Position numbers and translations under genes: made by a program. Under the pieces are notes generated by a model that saw nothing but the letters and a program-made list of their open reading frames with translations, did no database searches and was not told the DNA's origin. From NCBI GenBank assembly GCA_027491355.1, contig JAIXWI010000006.1:318-64317 (forward strand): DNA of 64,000 nucleotides. The letters run 5' to 3'. The DNA is from Bacteroidota bacterium (GTDB taxonomy: Bacteria; Bacteroidota; Bacteroidia; UKL13-3). Shown here piece after piece: positions 37,721 to 47,585 of this stretch. The number at the start of each line of letters is the position of its first letter. Position 1 is the stretch's first letter.

Positions 37721-38341
37721 TCAATCTAATAAGGTGATATAATTTCTGCCAAGCTTGACAAGACCTTTTTGCTCCATGTTTCTGAGCAATCGGCTAATTG
37801 CTTCTCTTTGTGTATGTAGTTCGGTAGCAATTTCTTGGTGAGTAATTTCTAAACTAGATACATGCAATGCTTTACAACGCTCTCTTAAGTAATGTAGCAA
37901 TTGTTTGTCCATGTTGTTAAAAGCAATCAGGTCTATTACATGCAGTAATTCCGCAAAACGTTCTTGGTAATTTTTGTTTACAAAGGCTTTCCATTCAGGG
38001 TATTTTTGCCAATCAGCAGTTTGTTCTACAGGAATCATTGCTAGGGTTAAATCATCTTCTGCTATTGCTTTGATCATGCTTTTTTGAAATACCTGACAAC
38101 AGGTTACAGACATTGCGCATGTTTGACCTGGATACAGGTGGTATAAAAACACTTCTGAGCCATCTTCGTTTTCACGGATAATACGTACACTACCTTTTAA
38201 AACAATTGGAATAAAAACTATCGTATCTCCAACATCAATCAAAACATTTTCTTTTTGTAAATGCTTGATGGTAACAAAGTGTTCTATTTCTTGCAATAGT
38301 TTTGTGTCAGTAAATTGAATTGTATGCAGTAGGTCTTTCAT
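37721..38341 (-). CDS. Crp/Fnr family transcriptional regulator
   Basis: cNMP-like barrel with PGQTCAMSVTCC; C-terminal HTH THQEIATELHTQREAISRLL. Start moved to MKDLL. Confidence 0.9.
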   Translation of the reverse strand: MKDLLHTIQFTDTKLLQEIEHFVTIKHLQKENVLIDVGDTIVFIPIVLKGSVRIIRENEDGSEVFLYHLYPGQTCAMSVTCCQVFQKSMIKAIAEDDLTLAMIPVEQTADWQKYPEWKAFVNKNYQERFAELLHVIDLIAFNNMDKQLLHYLRERCKALHVSSLEITHQEIATELHTQREAISRLLRNMEQKGLVKLGRNYITLLD

Positions 38342-38346
38342 AAAAA

Positions 38347-40089
38347 CTATTTTCCTTCTCCAATTTGTTGTCTCCACATAGCAAAGTATAGTCCTTTTTC
38401 CAATAGCAATTCGTTGTGCTTTCCTGCTTCTACAATTACACCTTTTTCAATCACATAAATTTTATCAGCATGCATGATCGTTGACAGTCTGTGTGCAATT
38501 AAAATAGACATATGTTCTTTGCTTGAAGTTACAGATCGGATGGTTTCATTGATTTCTTCTTCAGTAAGAGAATCCAATGCTGATGTAGCCTCATCAAATA
38601 CCAGCATTTTTGGTTTTCGCAGTAAAGCTCTGGCAATACTCAGTCTTTGTTTTTCACCGCCTGAAACTTTCACCCCACCTTCGCCTATTAAAGTATCAAT
38701 ACCCATACTAGCTCTTTCGAGTAAATTTTGGCAGCTGGCGAGGTTCAGTACTTTGTACAATTCTTCATCAGTTGCTTCAGGTTTTACAAACATTAAATTT
38801 TCTTTGATACTACCTGAGAACAATTGTGTTTCTTGTGTTACAAAACCTATCTGTTCTCTTAGCTCATCAAGGCTAACATCGATTGCAGGTACATTATTAT
38901 AGCTTATTGACCCTTTTTGAGCCTTGTATAATCCTACAACAAGTTTAACCAATGTTGATTTTCCTGATCCTGAAGGCCCAACAAATGCAATGGTTTCACC
39001 AGTTTTTACTTCAAATGTGATATTGTCTAGTGCAGCCCTATTTGATCCATTGTATTTGTAACTGACTCCGTTAAATTGGAGGGTTGTTAATGATTCAATG
39101 TGAACAGGATTGATTGGTTTTTGTTCAGTTGGAGTGTCTAATATTTTCTTAAAATTAGCAAAACTCACTTCAGCTTCTCTGAAAATGTTGATCAAGTTAC
39201 CGAGTTCTTGCATTGGTCCAAAAATAAAGAACGAATAAAACATCATCATGAAATATTGTCCAATTGTAATTTCATTTTTAAAAATCAAATACATCATTAC
39301 AAACATGATTGATGTTCTCAGTAAATTAACACTTGTTCCTTGAACAAAACTTAAACTACGTATAAAACGAACTTTTTTTAGCTCTAATCCTAAAATTTTG
39401 TTTGTAGTAGCGTTTAAACGATTGATTTCTTGTTTGGTTAAGCCTAAACTTTTAACCAATTCAATATTCCTTAAAGATTCAGTGGTAGAACCGGCAAGTT
39501 GTGTGGTTTCGCCTACTATTAATTTTTGCATTTTCTTGATTCTTTTGCTCAGTACAGAGCTCAAAAATCCTAGAATTGGTATAACCGATAAAAAAACAGG
39601 TAAAATGAGCCAATTAACTTGAATGGCAATGTAACCAACAAAAAGTAAACCTATAAATGTAGTAAACAAAACCGAGATAAATACTTGAATTAATTTTTCA
39701 GTGTCTTGTCTTACTTTTTGTAATATACCGAGTGTTTCACCACTTCTTTGGTCTTCAAATGCTTCAAAAGATAAATCAAGAGAGTGTTTGATACCGCTTG
39801 AATAAATATCGGCACCTATTTTTTGTATGATAACATTGGTAAAATAATCTTGAAAATTTTTGGCAACCCTAGATATAAAAGCAACTCCAATTGCACAAAG
39901 TAACAATTGCACAACGCCTTTTATAAAAACATCAGCGGCCATTGTTTTTGATTTTAGTAAATAGTTATCAATAATAAATTGAGAAATGTAAGGGTCAAGC
40001 ATTGAGAAAATCTGGTTTACAGAAGCCAGAAATAATGCCAAAAATAACAATGATTGATATGGCTTTAAATAATTGAAAAGTAATTTCAT
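38347..40089 (-). CDS. ABC exporter, fused permease/ATPase
   Basis: TM domain; Walker A GPSGSGKST, signature VSGGEKQR, Walker B FDEATS. Confidence 0.95.
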   Translation of the reverse strand: MKLLFNYLKPYQSLLFLALFLASVNQIFSMLDPYISQFIIDNYLLKSKTMAADVFIKGVVQLLLCAIGVAFISRVAKNFQDYFTNVIIQKIGADIYSSGIKHSLDLSFEAFEDQRSGETLGILQKVRQDTEKLIQVFISVLFTTFIGLLFVGYIAIQVNWLILPVFLSVIPILGFLSSVLSKRIKKMQKLIVGETTQLAGSTTESLRNIELVKSLGLTKQEINRLNATTNKILGLELKKVRFIRSLSFVQGTSVNLLRTSIMFVMMYLIFKNEITIGQYFMMMFYSFFIFGPMQELGNLINIFREAEVSFANFKKILDTPTEQKPINPVHIESLTTLQFNGVSYKYNGSNRAALDNITFEVKTGETIAFVGPSGSGKSTLVKLVVGLYKAQKGSISYNNVPAIDVSLDELREQIGFVTQETQLFSGSIKENLMFVKPEATDEELYKVLNLASCQNLLERASMGIDTLIGEGGVKVSGGEKQRLSIARALLRKPKMLVFDEATSALDSLTEEEINETIRSVTSSKEHMSILIAHRLSTIMHADKIYVIEKGVIVEAGKHNELLLEKGLYFAMWRQQIGEGK

Positions 40090-40160
40090 GATGTTGTAGC
40101 TAACAATATTACTAAAGAACTTTTAATTTTCTTGTCTATTTCACTCATCATGCGGGTTTA

Positions 40161-40466
40161 TTATGATTGCCTGCTTCCAGATAAGTATGCTAATAAAAAG
40201 TAACACTTTGCTTTCCACAGCCACAATGGTTTTTTAAAGTGTGATATAAGTTTTATTTGAGCAATGTACAATGCAAAGCACGTGAGTAATAATTCAAGCA
40301 GCAGCCTAATGACTAAAATGAGAATTTCATGAAACAAAAGCGAAGCAGGTATAGCCAACAGTAAAAGTGAACTTCCAGCTATTTGCCCAAGTTGAGCAAT
40401 TGGATGTGCGTGTTGCGATTTAAAATTCTGATAGTAGAGGTTGAATGCATTTGCTTTGTTTGTCAT
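40161..40466 (-). CDS. Small membrane protein, distantly DUF962/Mpo1-like
   Basis: FNLYYQNFKSQHAHPIAQLGQIAG followed by TM helices and FKKPLW; resembles the DUF962 pattern but His residues are degenerate. Confidence 0.45.
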   Translation of the reverse strand: MTNKANAFNLYYQNFKSQHAHPIAQLGQIAGSSLLLLAIPASLLFHEILILVIRLLLELLLTCFALYIAQIKLISHFKKPLWLWKAKCYFLLAYLSGSRQS

Positions 40467-40539
40467 GTTGTAAAAATACTTGCTTTTGAATGAAACTCGA
40501 ATTTTGAATACCGATTTTGTTGCGCTAGCTTTGTTAATC

Positions 40540-40926
40540 ATGAAAAAACTAGCAGTTATTGCCATTTTGGCCATGTCTTGTAATACCCAAAATGAGGCTC
40601 AGGTCTTAAATCAACAATTAATGGACTTACACGACGCTGTTATGAAAAACAGTAGTCGGGTTTTAACGCTAAAAGCCAAGTTACAACCACTCATTGCAGC
40701 ATGTACTAGCCAATCACACAAGGACAGTTTACAAAAGGCATCTGCACAGTTACACATAGCAGACCAACAAATGTTGGATTGGATGAGAAAATATCAAGAA
40801 CCTCATATGGAATCGGATACAGCTGTTCAATTTTTTCAAGCTCAAATTGCATTCATGAATCAATTGAACATTCAAACTAAACAATCAATTGAACAAGCTA
40901 ATAAACTTATAAATGAATCAAATTAA
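40540..40926 (+). CDS. Uncharacterised helical lipoprotein
   Basis: Lipobox MKKLAVIAILAMS-C; LMDLHDAVM and ADQQMLDWM motifs; overlaps the SCO gene start. Confidence 0.75.
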   Translation: MKKLAVIAILAMSCNTQNEAQVLNQQLMDLHDAVMKNSSRVLTLKAKLQPLIAACTSQSHKDSLQKASAQLHIADQQMLDWMRKYQEPHMESDTAVQFFQAQIAFMNQLNIQTKQSIEQANKLINESN

Positions 40927-41542
40927 TTGGATTGGAATAACTTTATTGTTTTTGTTTTCATGTGGCAATGAATCTTTGCCAATTCTTGGCAATAGAGAAG
41001 TAAAAGTAACCCCAAATGGAGCTTCAGAAACTATTGATACTGTTTACCAAACCATACCGGATTTTGAATTTCAAGATCAGTATGGAAATGCGTTTACTTC
41101 AAAAAATACAGCAAATAAAATTTATGTTGCCGATTTCTTTTTTGTCAATTGTCCTAGTATTTGTCCAAGAATGAAGCGCAATTTATTGAAGGTAAATGAA
41201 GCATATGGTGCAGCACCCAATTTTTTAATCTTATCGCATACCATAGATCCTGAACATGACTCTGTTCCAGTGTTGTTTGATTATGCAGAAAAATTAGGGG
41301 TCAATAAAGGCAATTGGTATTTTTTAAGAGCAAATAGAGCTTATACTTATGAGCTGGCAGAACATGCCTATTATGCTTCAGCCATAGCCGATTCAACTGA
41401 GCCAGGAGGTTTTGTTCATAGTGGCGGTTTAATTCTAGTAGATAAATTAAAACGAGTTAGAGGCATTTATGACGGCACTCAAACAGAGGATACTCAAAAA
41501 TTAATCGATGACATTCAAATTTTAATGCATGAAAGCGATTAG
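40913..41542 (+). CDS. SCO1/SenC copper chaperone lipoprotein
   Basis: Lipobox LFSC; FFFVNCPSICP; HSGGLILVD. Confidence 0.92.
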   Translation: MNQINWIGITLLFLFSCGNESLPILGNREVKVTPNGASETIDTVYQTIPDFEFQDQYGNAFTSKNTANKIYVADFFFVNCPSICPRMKRNLLKVNEAYGAAPNFLILSHTIDPEHDSVPVLFDYAEKLGVNKGNWYFLRANRAYTYELAEHAYYASAIADSTEPGGFVHSGGLILVDKLKRVRGIYDGTQTEDTQKLIDDIQILMHESD

Positions 41543-41891
41543 TGTAATACCATTGATTTTACTAGTTGCTTTATCATGCCAAAACGAATCAAACAATTTT
41601 GTGCAATTGGCATCAGGCTATGAATTGTATCAAAAAAATTGTTCCAATTGTCATGGTGACGATGGCAGCGGTTTAGCTAAGTTGATTCCCCCATTAAAAA
41701 ATTCAACCTATTTAAATTTAAACAAAGATTCTTTACATGCCATCATTAGAAATGGAATGCAATTACCAATTGTTGTCAATGGTATCAGTTACACTAGCCC
41801 AATGCCTGGTAATCCAAAAATTACAGATGCTGAAGCAACTGCAATAATTGAATTCATACTGATAAAATTCAAAGGCCAATCAGAAAAGTAG
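41529..41891 (+). CDS. Monoheme cytochrome c lipoprotein
   Basis: Lipobox ALSC; CSNCH; distal Met in SPMPG. Confidence 0.9.
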   Translation: MKAISVIPLILLVALSCQNESNNFVQLASGYELYQKNCSNCHGDDGSGLAKLIPPLKNSTYLNLNKDSLHAIIRNGMQLPIVVNGISYTSPMPGNPKITDAEATAIIEFILIKFKGQSEK

Positions 41892-41982
41892 AATATTTAC
41901 TTATTCTGAGTTGATATTGAAATTATTGCTTACATTTAATGTGAACATTTTGGGTTTCTTTAGTATTTACTAATTTAAACGT

Positions 41983-44568
41983 ATGAGAGAAAGAATTTTA
42001 TTGATAGAGCCAGATAAGTTACAAGAAAACGAAATCGTGTCTGAATTGAACAACATTGGACTTATTGTTGAAGCAGCTATTTCTTTAGACCCAATATTGG
42101 AAAGTATAAAAGAGCATCAAATCGATTTAATTGTTTGCGACTATCATTTATTCAGAAGTGTTGGTATTGAAGCGCTCAAACAAATTCGTTTGGCACAGCC
42201 TAATCAGTACATACCATTGATTTTGATTTCTTCTGAAGAGAATTACCAAGTTTACAGAGAGGTCATGCAAAAAGGAGCCGACGACTATATCCTCAAACCA
42301 TTGAAGATTCAAGAATTAATAGGCTCTATTAAGCTACATTTGAGAAAATTTAATTTTTGGAAAGAGCGCCTAGAAATGCTTGCCAGTTTTCCTGATGAAA
42401 ACCCTAATCCTGTAACCCGTATTGAACACGTATCCCTTGAACTGACCTACAGTAATCCGTCTTTTGACAATCATTTTAAAAACCTAAACAGTGAGGAGCA
42501 ATTAAAATTTGAGAATTTTTTGAAGTCTAATTGTTTAAAAGCAATTGAAACGGAGTTTACTTTAAATGATACGCTAGAATTAGAAGGCTATACTTACAGT
42601 GTTTCGTTTTCACCTCAAATGAGAAAAGGTTATACCAATGTATATTTCAGTGACATAACATTGATAAAAGAAGCGGAAGACAAAGTAAACAAGCAAGAAG
42701 CCTTTTACAAAGAAATTTTAGACAATATACCAGCTGATTTAGCGGTGTTTTCTCCTTCACAGATTTATTTATATGTGAACCACCATGGAATCAAAAACAA
42801 GGACATTAGAGAATGGATAATTGGTAAAACTGATGTTGATTACATAGCATACAGAAATCCAACTAATACAACATTTATTGAAAAGCGAGGAAAGGCATTT
42901 AGAGATGTTATCAATACTTCTAATGATGCAATTTGGCTGGATGAATTTAAGAATGTAGATGGCAAAGACCAATACATCCTTAGAAAGTTCCATCCAGTTA
43001 AAAATGATAAAAATGAAGTGACCCTTGTTATTGGTTATGGACTTGACATATCGGAACGTGTGCTTGCAGAAAATGAACTCAAAAGAAGTCGATTGCGTTA
43101 CAAGGCTTTGTTTGAAAGCAATCCACAAATGGTATTCATCATTAACAGGCAGGGGACAGTATTGGATGTCAATAAAGCAGCAACTGTTCAATTAGGGTAT
43201 GATTTTGATGAGTTAGTTGGCAATTCAGTTTTGGGAGTCTTTCCAGAACAATACCACACTGCAGTAACTTCAACATTAAAGACTTGTTTTGATGAGAACG
43301 ATAGAGAACACCAATGGGAATTGATCAAACATAAAAAAGATGGAACTCTCATCAATGTGTTTGAAGTAGCTAGAACCATTCAAATCAATGAGTCTGAAGA
43401 TTATCTATTGTTAGTTGTTTGTACTGATATAACAGAGAAAAAACAAAATGAAACTTTACTAAAAGAAACATCTGAACTGAATAGGAAATTGTTGGAACAA
43501 ATGCCTGTTCCAGTGGCAGTGATGTACAAAGAAAAAGTCATTGATGTAAACTTGGCATTTCAAGAATTATTCAAAACAGACAACCATCAAATCAAATTCA
43601 AATCAATTCTAGATTTGGTGAATGATACAGATGAAGGTATCCTAAACAATGCCATCAGCAAAATTTACGAATCAAAACACACAGATTTAATTTGTGAAGT
43701 TATGATGAAAGTAAATGGTAAAGTAAAATTGAATGTCATGATTTCTGGCAATTTGTTCTCTAATAAAGGTACAGATTACATATTAGCTGTATTTAGTAAT
43801 ATCACTGAAATCAGATCGGCAGAGAGTAATTTACGTGCATTGGCACAAGAACTTTCAAAACAAAACGAAGATTTAAAAAGATTCGCTTACATCACATCGC
43901 ATGATTTACGTGCTCCAGTCATAAACCTCAATGCGCTTTTGGAATATTATGATTACGAGGATCCACTTTCTGATATCAACAAAGAATTGATTGTAAAATT
44001 CAAGCAATCAGCAGAGCGGATTTCTGATACTTTGAACGATTTGTTAGAGGTTACTAGAATTAAAGACAGAACCCAATCTGAAATTAAAGATATGTGTTCA
44101 ATTTCTCAAATTTTTTACAATTGTATTCAAGACAATGCTGAACAAATTAAAAAAGTTGAAGGATTGGTTTTAGCTGATTTTAGTCAAAAGGATAATATTT
44201 ATTTTACTAAATCAGTACTCAATAGTACGTTTACCAATTTGATTACAAATGCAATCAAATACCGCTCACCTGAGAGAAACTTAGAAATTAAAGTAAGCAC
44301 TGATACAAAAGGAAGTAACTACTTGATTCGTTTTACAGACAATGGATTGGGTATGAATATGGATAAAATTAAAAATCGGTTGTTTACACTGTATCAGCGC
44401 TTCCACTCTCATGTTGAAGGTAAAGGGCTTGGTTTATACCTTGTAAAATCGCAATTAGAGGCGCTGGGTGCGAATTTAGAAGTAGAGAGTGAAGAAAATA
44501 CCGGTACTACCTTCATCATTTCAATTCCCATACAAAATCCCAAAAAAAACATTAAATTGGACAAATAA
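41983..44568 (+). CDS. Hybrid sensor histidine kinase (REC-multiple PAS-HisKA-HATPase)
   Basis: N-terminal REC (DLIVCD, GADDYILKP), PAS repeats (DISERV, DITEKK), H-box SHDLRAP, NLITNAIKY, DNGLG, GKGLGL. Confidence 0.92.
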   Translation: MRERILLIEPDKLQENEIVSELNNIGLIVEAAISLDPILESIKEHQIDLIVCDYHLFRSVGIEALKQIRLAQPNQYIPLILISSEENYQVYREVMQKGADDYILKPLKIQELIGSIKLHLRKFNFWKERLEMLASFPDENPNPVTRIEHVSLELTYSNPSFDNHFKNLNSEEQLKFENFLKSNCLKAIETEFTLNDTLELEGYTYSVSFSPQMRKGYTNVYFSDITLIKEAEDKVNKQEAFYKEILDNIPADLAVFSPSQIYLYVNHHGIKNKDIREWIIGKTDVDYIAYRNPTNTTFIEKRGKAFRDVINTSNDAIWLDEFKNVDGKDQYILRKFHPVKNDKNEVTLVIGYGLDISERVLAENELKRSRLRYKALFESNPQMVFIINRQGTVLDVNKAATVQLGYDFDELVGNSVLGVFPEQYHTAVTSTLKTCFDENDREHQWELIKHKKDGTLINVFEVARTIQINESEDYLLLVVCTDITEKKQNETLLKETSELNRKLLEQMPVPVAVMYKEKVIDVNLAFQELFKTDNHQIKFKSILDLVNDTDEGILNNAISKIYESKHTDLICEVMMKVNGKVKLNVMISGNLFSNKGTDYILAVFSNITEIRSAESNLRALAQELSKQNEDLKRFAYITSHDLRAPVINLNALLEYYDYEDPLSDINKELIVKFKQSAERISDTLNDLLEVTRIKDRTQSEIKDMCSISQIFYNCIQDNAEQIKKVEGLVLADFSQKDNIYFTKSVLNSTFTNLITNAIKYRSPERNLEIKVSTDTKGSNYLIRFTDNGLGMNMDKIKNRLFTLYQRFHSHVEGKGLGLYLVKSQLEALGANLEVESEENTGTTFIISIPIQNPKKNIKLDK

Positions 44569-44591
44569 ACATTTTAAATCTCTTACTGACT

Positions 44592-44972
44592 GTGAAAAAA
44601 GTTTTACTGATAGACGATGACAAAGTGAGTAATTTTTTAAGCTCATTGATTATCAAGAAAACCTTGAAAGCTGAGGTTGTAAAAGAATGTTTGGATGGCC
44701 AAGAAGGACTCGACTATTTAAAGGGTTTAGGAACAGCTAACGAAATCCCTGATATCCTTTTTTTAGACCTCAATATGCCCGTTTTGGATGGATGGCAGTT
44801 CCTTCATGAATTCATTCTACTAGACCAAAAAGTTCAAATGCCTATCTATATTTTAACCTCCTCAAATTATGAAGGAGATTTAATCAAATCAAAAGAATTT
44901 GATGTGGTTAAAGGCTATATCGTAAAGCCCCTTTCAAAGGAGTTAGCAGAATCAATTTTTGATCAATTGTAA
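44592..44972 (+). CDS. Single-domain response regulator
   Basis: LLIDDD, FLDLNMP, LTSS, KP; GTG start. Confidence 0.92.
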   Translation: MKKVLLIDDDKVSNFLSSLIIKKTLKAEVVKECLDGQEGLDYLKGLGTANEIPDILFLDLNMPVLDGWQFLHEFILLDQKVQMPIYILTSSNYEGDLIKSKEFDVVKGYIVKPLSKELAESIFDQL

Positions 44973-44973
44973 T

Positions 44974-47466
44974 TTATTGTTGTTTTTGGTTTGGTGTAGC
45001 TCTTCTTGTAGGTGTTGCCTCCCAAGGGTTTTCGGGCCAACTGTGTTTAGGATACCTCCGTTTGAGTTCATTTTTAATACTTGGATAAGTGTTGTTCCAA
45101 AAGCTCTCAAGGTCTTTTGTTAGTTGTACTGGTTTGAAACCTGGTGACAATAAGCTAAATAAAATACTTTGTTGATGGTTGTTAATTTTTGGACTTTCTT
45201 TCAGCCCAAAAACTTCTTGTATACGTACTTCAACCTTAGGACTTTCGCCTGTTGTTTCGTATTGCAATACAATGTTGGAGCCACTTGGAACTTTTAAATG
45301 CTTAGGAGCTAATTGGTTGATGATTGCTAAGTTCTCTGAACCTATAAAATAGTTCAAAGCATCAAGGGTATTTATTTTTTTAAAGTCTTCATTTTTTTTA
45401 ATTCCTATTAAAAATGGTTCGAGCCAATTTTCAGGTTTTTGCAATAAGTTTTCAAGGGTAATGTTTGGTAAAGCCAGATTTGGCTCCCATTTTCTCAACG
45501 ATTCAACCCTTGCAATCAGTTGTAGAAATGGTTCCTCTATGGAAAGCAAGGTATCACCTTCCTTTCGTATGATATCTAGAATTGCATTGTTGATAGCTTT
45601 AGAACTTGGGTTGCTCAATGGTTTTGATTGCAAAACGATGTTCCCAATTTTTAGTTCTTTGTTTGCAATGAGTCCGCCTTTGTAACTATCCCACTTTACA
45701 ACCTCTGTTTCTTTTACCCTTGAAATTAAATCTTTGGGTTGAATAGGAGCTGCTAAGTATATTTTACCCAGCCCGTTTCTGGCATCCATGTGTGCTATGG
45801 CAAGCCAAGCTTCATTGGCTAAATCGTCTTTATGACCAGCGGCAGCTATTTTTCCGTTAGACAATAAAAATTGAGCATTGTTTCCGGGTCTTGCAGAAGC
45901 GATGCGTTCTGGGTAGGCATATGAAATCAACAAGCCTACCTCGAAGCTGTCAATGGGTGCATTGTCTTGCGTTGATTGCATGAGTGCACAATAGAATGCA
46001 GAAAGTTGGTCAATGCGTTTGAGCTTGTTTCCTAATAGTTGGTTCTCCCTGTCCCTTCTTAGTAGTTCAATTCTTAAACAGATATCAATGCCTGCCTCTT
46101 TGGGCAATGGATCTTTTTCTTCTAAGATAGCAGCAATATCAGCTGCCAATGCTACTTGTTTGGTAGCATTGGCGGCTAACAACATGTGCCCAATTCGAGG
46201 GTGGCATGCCAGTCTGTGCAGTTGTTTTCCATGTTCAGTGATGCTCCCTTCTTTGATTGCCTCAAGCAAGTTTAATAAATCAAATGCCTGAGCCAAATGC
46301 GCTTCAGGTGGTGGCGTTACCCATAACAATTCTTTTACATCTTGGATACCCCATTTGGCCAATTCTAACACCAAACCGGCTAAATCTGCTACTATTATTT
46401 CTGGTGTGCGTTGTGGAGCTAAACGTTCATGGTCTATTTTACTCCACATGCGGTAACAGACTCCAGGGCTTAACCTTCCAGCTCTTCCAGTTCTTTGCTC
46501 GGCTGCATCTTTACTAATTGGAACAGTTTCTAATTTGCTTAAACCTGATTTTGGATCAAATTGATTGTTTTTTTCTAGGCCACTATCAATTACAATGGTA
46601 ATGCCTTCAATGGTCAAACTTGTTTCTGCAATATTGGTTGCCAATACTATTTTTCTCTTTCCATTTTTATTTGGTAAAATGGCTGCTTGCTGAAGGCTTT
46701 GCGGCAATTTCCCGAACAGCGGATGAATTGCAAATTCGGGTAATGCGTTTCTTAAAATGACTTCACATTTTTTGATATCTCCTTCTCCAGGTAAAAAAAC
46801 CAAAGCATCACCTGGGTGTTCATTGACCGCGTTGATAGTTACTCTGGCAGCAGTTTCTGCAATCATCAATTGATCCTGCCCATTCACATAATTTACAGTA
46901 ACTGGAAATTGTCTGCCTTCACTTTCAATTACTGGGGCCTTTAGCATTTCTGCCAACTGATTGGTTTCCATGGTAGCAGACATGAGCAAGAGTTTTAAAT
47001 CTGGCCTAATAATTTCTTGTGCAGCAGTACACAATGCTAAAGACAAATCTGCATGCAAACTTCTTTCGTGAAATTCATCAAAAATGACCAAACCAACTGC
47101 TTCCAAAGTACTGTCTGATTGGAGCATTCTGGTTAAAATACCCTCTGTTACTACTTCAATTCGCGTTTGTGCACTGATTTTGTTTTCAAAACGGATCCGA
47201 TACCCAACTGTTTGGCCAACACTTTCTCCAAGCAATTCAGCCATTCTGTGTGCAACACTTCGAGCTGCAATACGACGGGGTTCAAGTAGGATTATTTTTT
47301 TATCATTGAGCCAAGCTTCATTTAGTAAACAAAGTGGAACCAGGGTACTTTTTCCAGCCCCAGGGGCAGCCTTTAAAATTAACCGATTGTTGGTTTTTAA
47401 CAGGCTCAATAAATCAGTTATGACTGAAACTATGGGTAGTTCGGATGTAATCGGATTGAATTTCAA
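44974..47466 (-). CDS. hrpB: ATP-dependent helicase HrpB
   Basis: APGAGKST, DEFHERS, MSAT, QRTGRAGR, C-terminal RYPKHSWPENP. Confidence 0.95.
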   Translation of the reverse strand: MKFNPITSELPIVSVITDLLSLLKTNNRLILKAAPGAGKSTLVPLCLLNEAWLNDKKIILLEPRRIAARSVAHRMAELLGESVGQTVGYRIRFENKISAQTRIEVVTEGILTRMLQSDSTLEAVGLVIFDEFHERSLHADLSLALCTAAQEIIRPDLKLLLMSATMETNQLAEMLKAPVIESEGRQFPVTVNYVNGQDQLMIAETAARVTINAVNEHPGDALVFLPGEGDIKKCEVILRNALPEFAIHPLFGKLPQSLQQAAILPNKNGKRKIVLATNIAETSLTIEGITIVIDSGLEKNNQFDPKSGLSKLETVPISKDAAEQRTGRAGRLSPGVCYRMWSKIDHERLAPQRTPEIIVADLAGLVLELAKWGIQDVKELLWVTPPPEAHLAQAFDLLNLLEAIKEGSITEHGKQLHRLACHPRIGHMLLAANATKQVALAADIAAILEEKDPLPKEAGIDICLRIELLRRDRENQLLGNKLKRIDQLSAFYCALMQSTQDNAPIDSFEVGLLISYAYPERIASARPGNNAQFLLSNGKIAAAGHKDDLANEAWLAIAHMDARNGLGKIYLAAPIQPKDLISRVKETEVVKWDSYKGGLIANKELKIGNIVLQSKPLSNPSSKAINNAILDIIRKEGDTLLSIEEPFLQLIARVESLRKWEPNLALPNITLENLLQKPENWLEPFLIGIKKNEDFKKINTLDALNYFIGSENLAIINQLAPKHLKVPSGSNIVLQYETTGESPKVEVRIQEVFGLKESPKINNHQQSILFSLLSPGFKPVQLTKDLESFWNNTYPSIKNELKRRYPKHSWPENPWEATPTRRATPNQKQQ

Positions 47467-47585
47467 TTTCTAAATAATTTCAAAAATAATTGAATTTAGG
47501 TTCAATTAGACTTTAGTTCGGCTCAGATTCTATTATTTACTTGAAATCAAATACTTTTGCGGCTCATCGAATCAAAAATAAGCGT

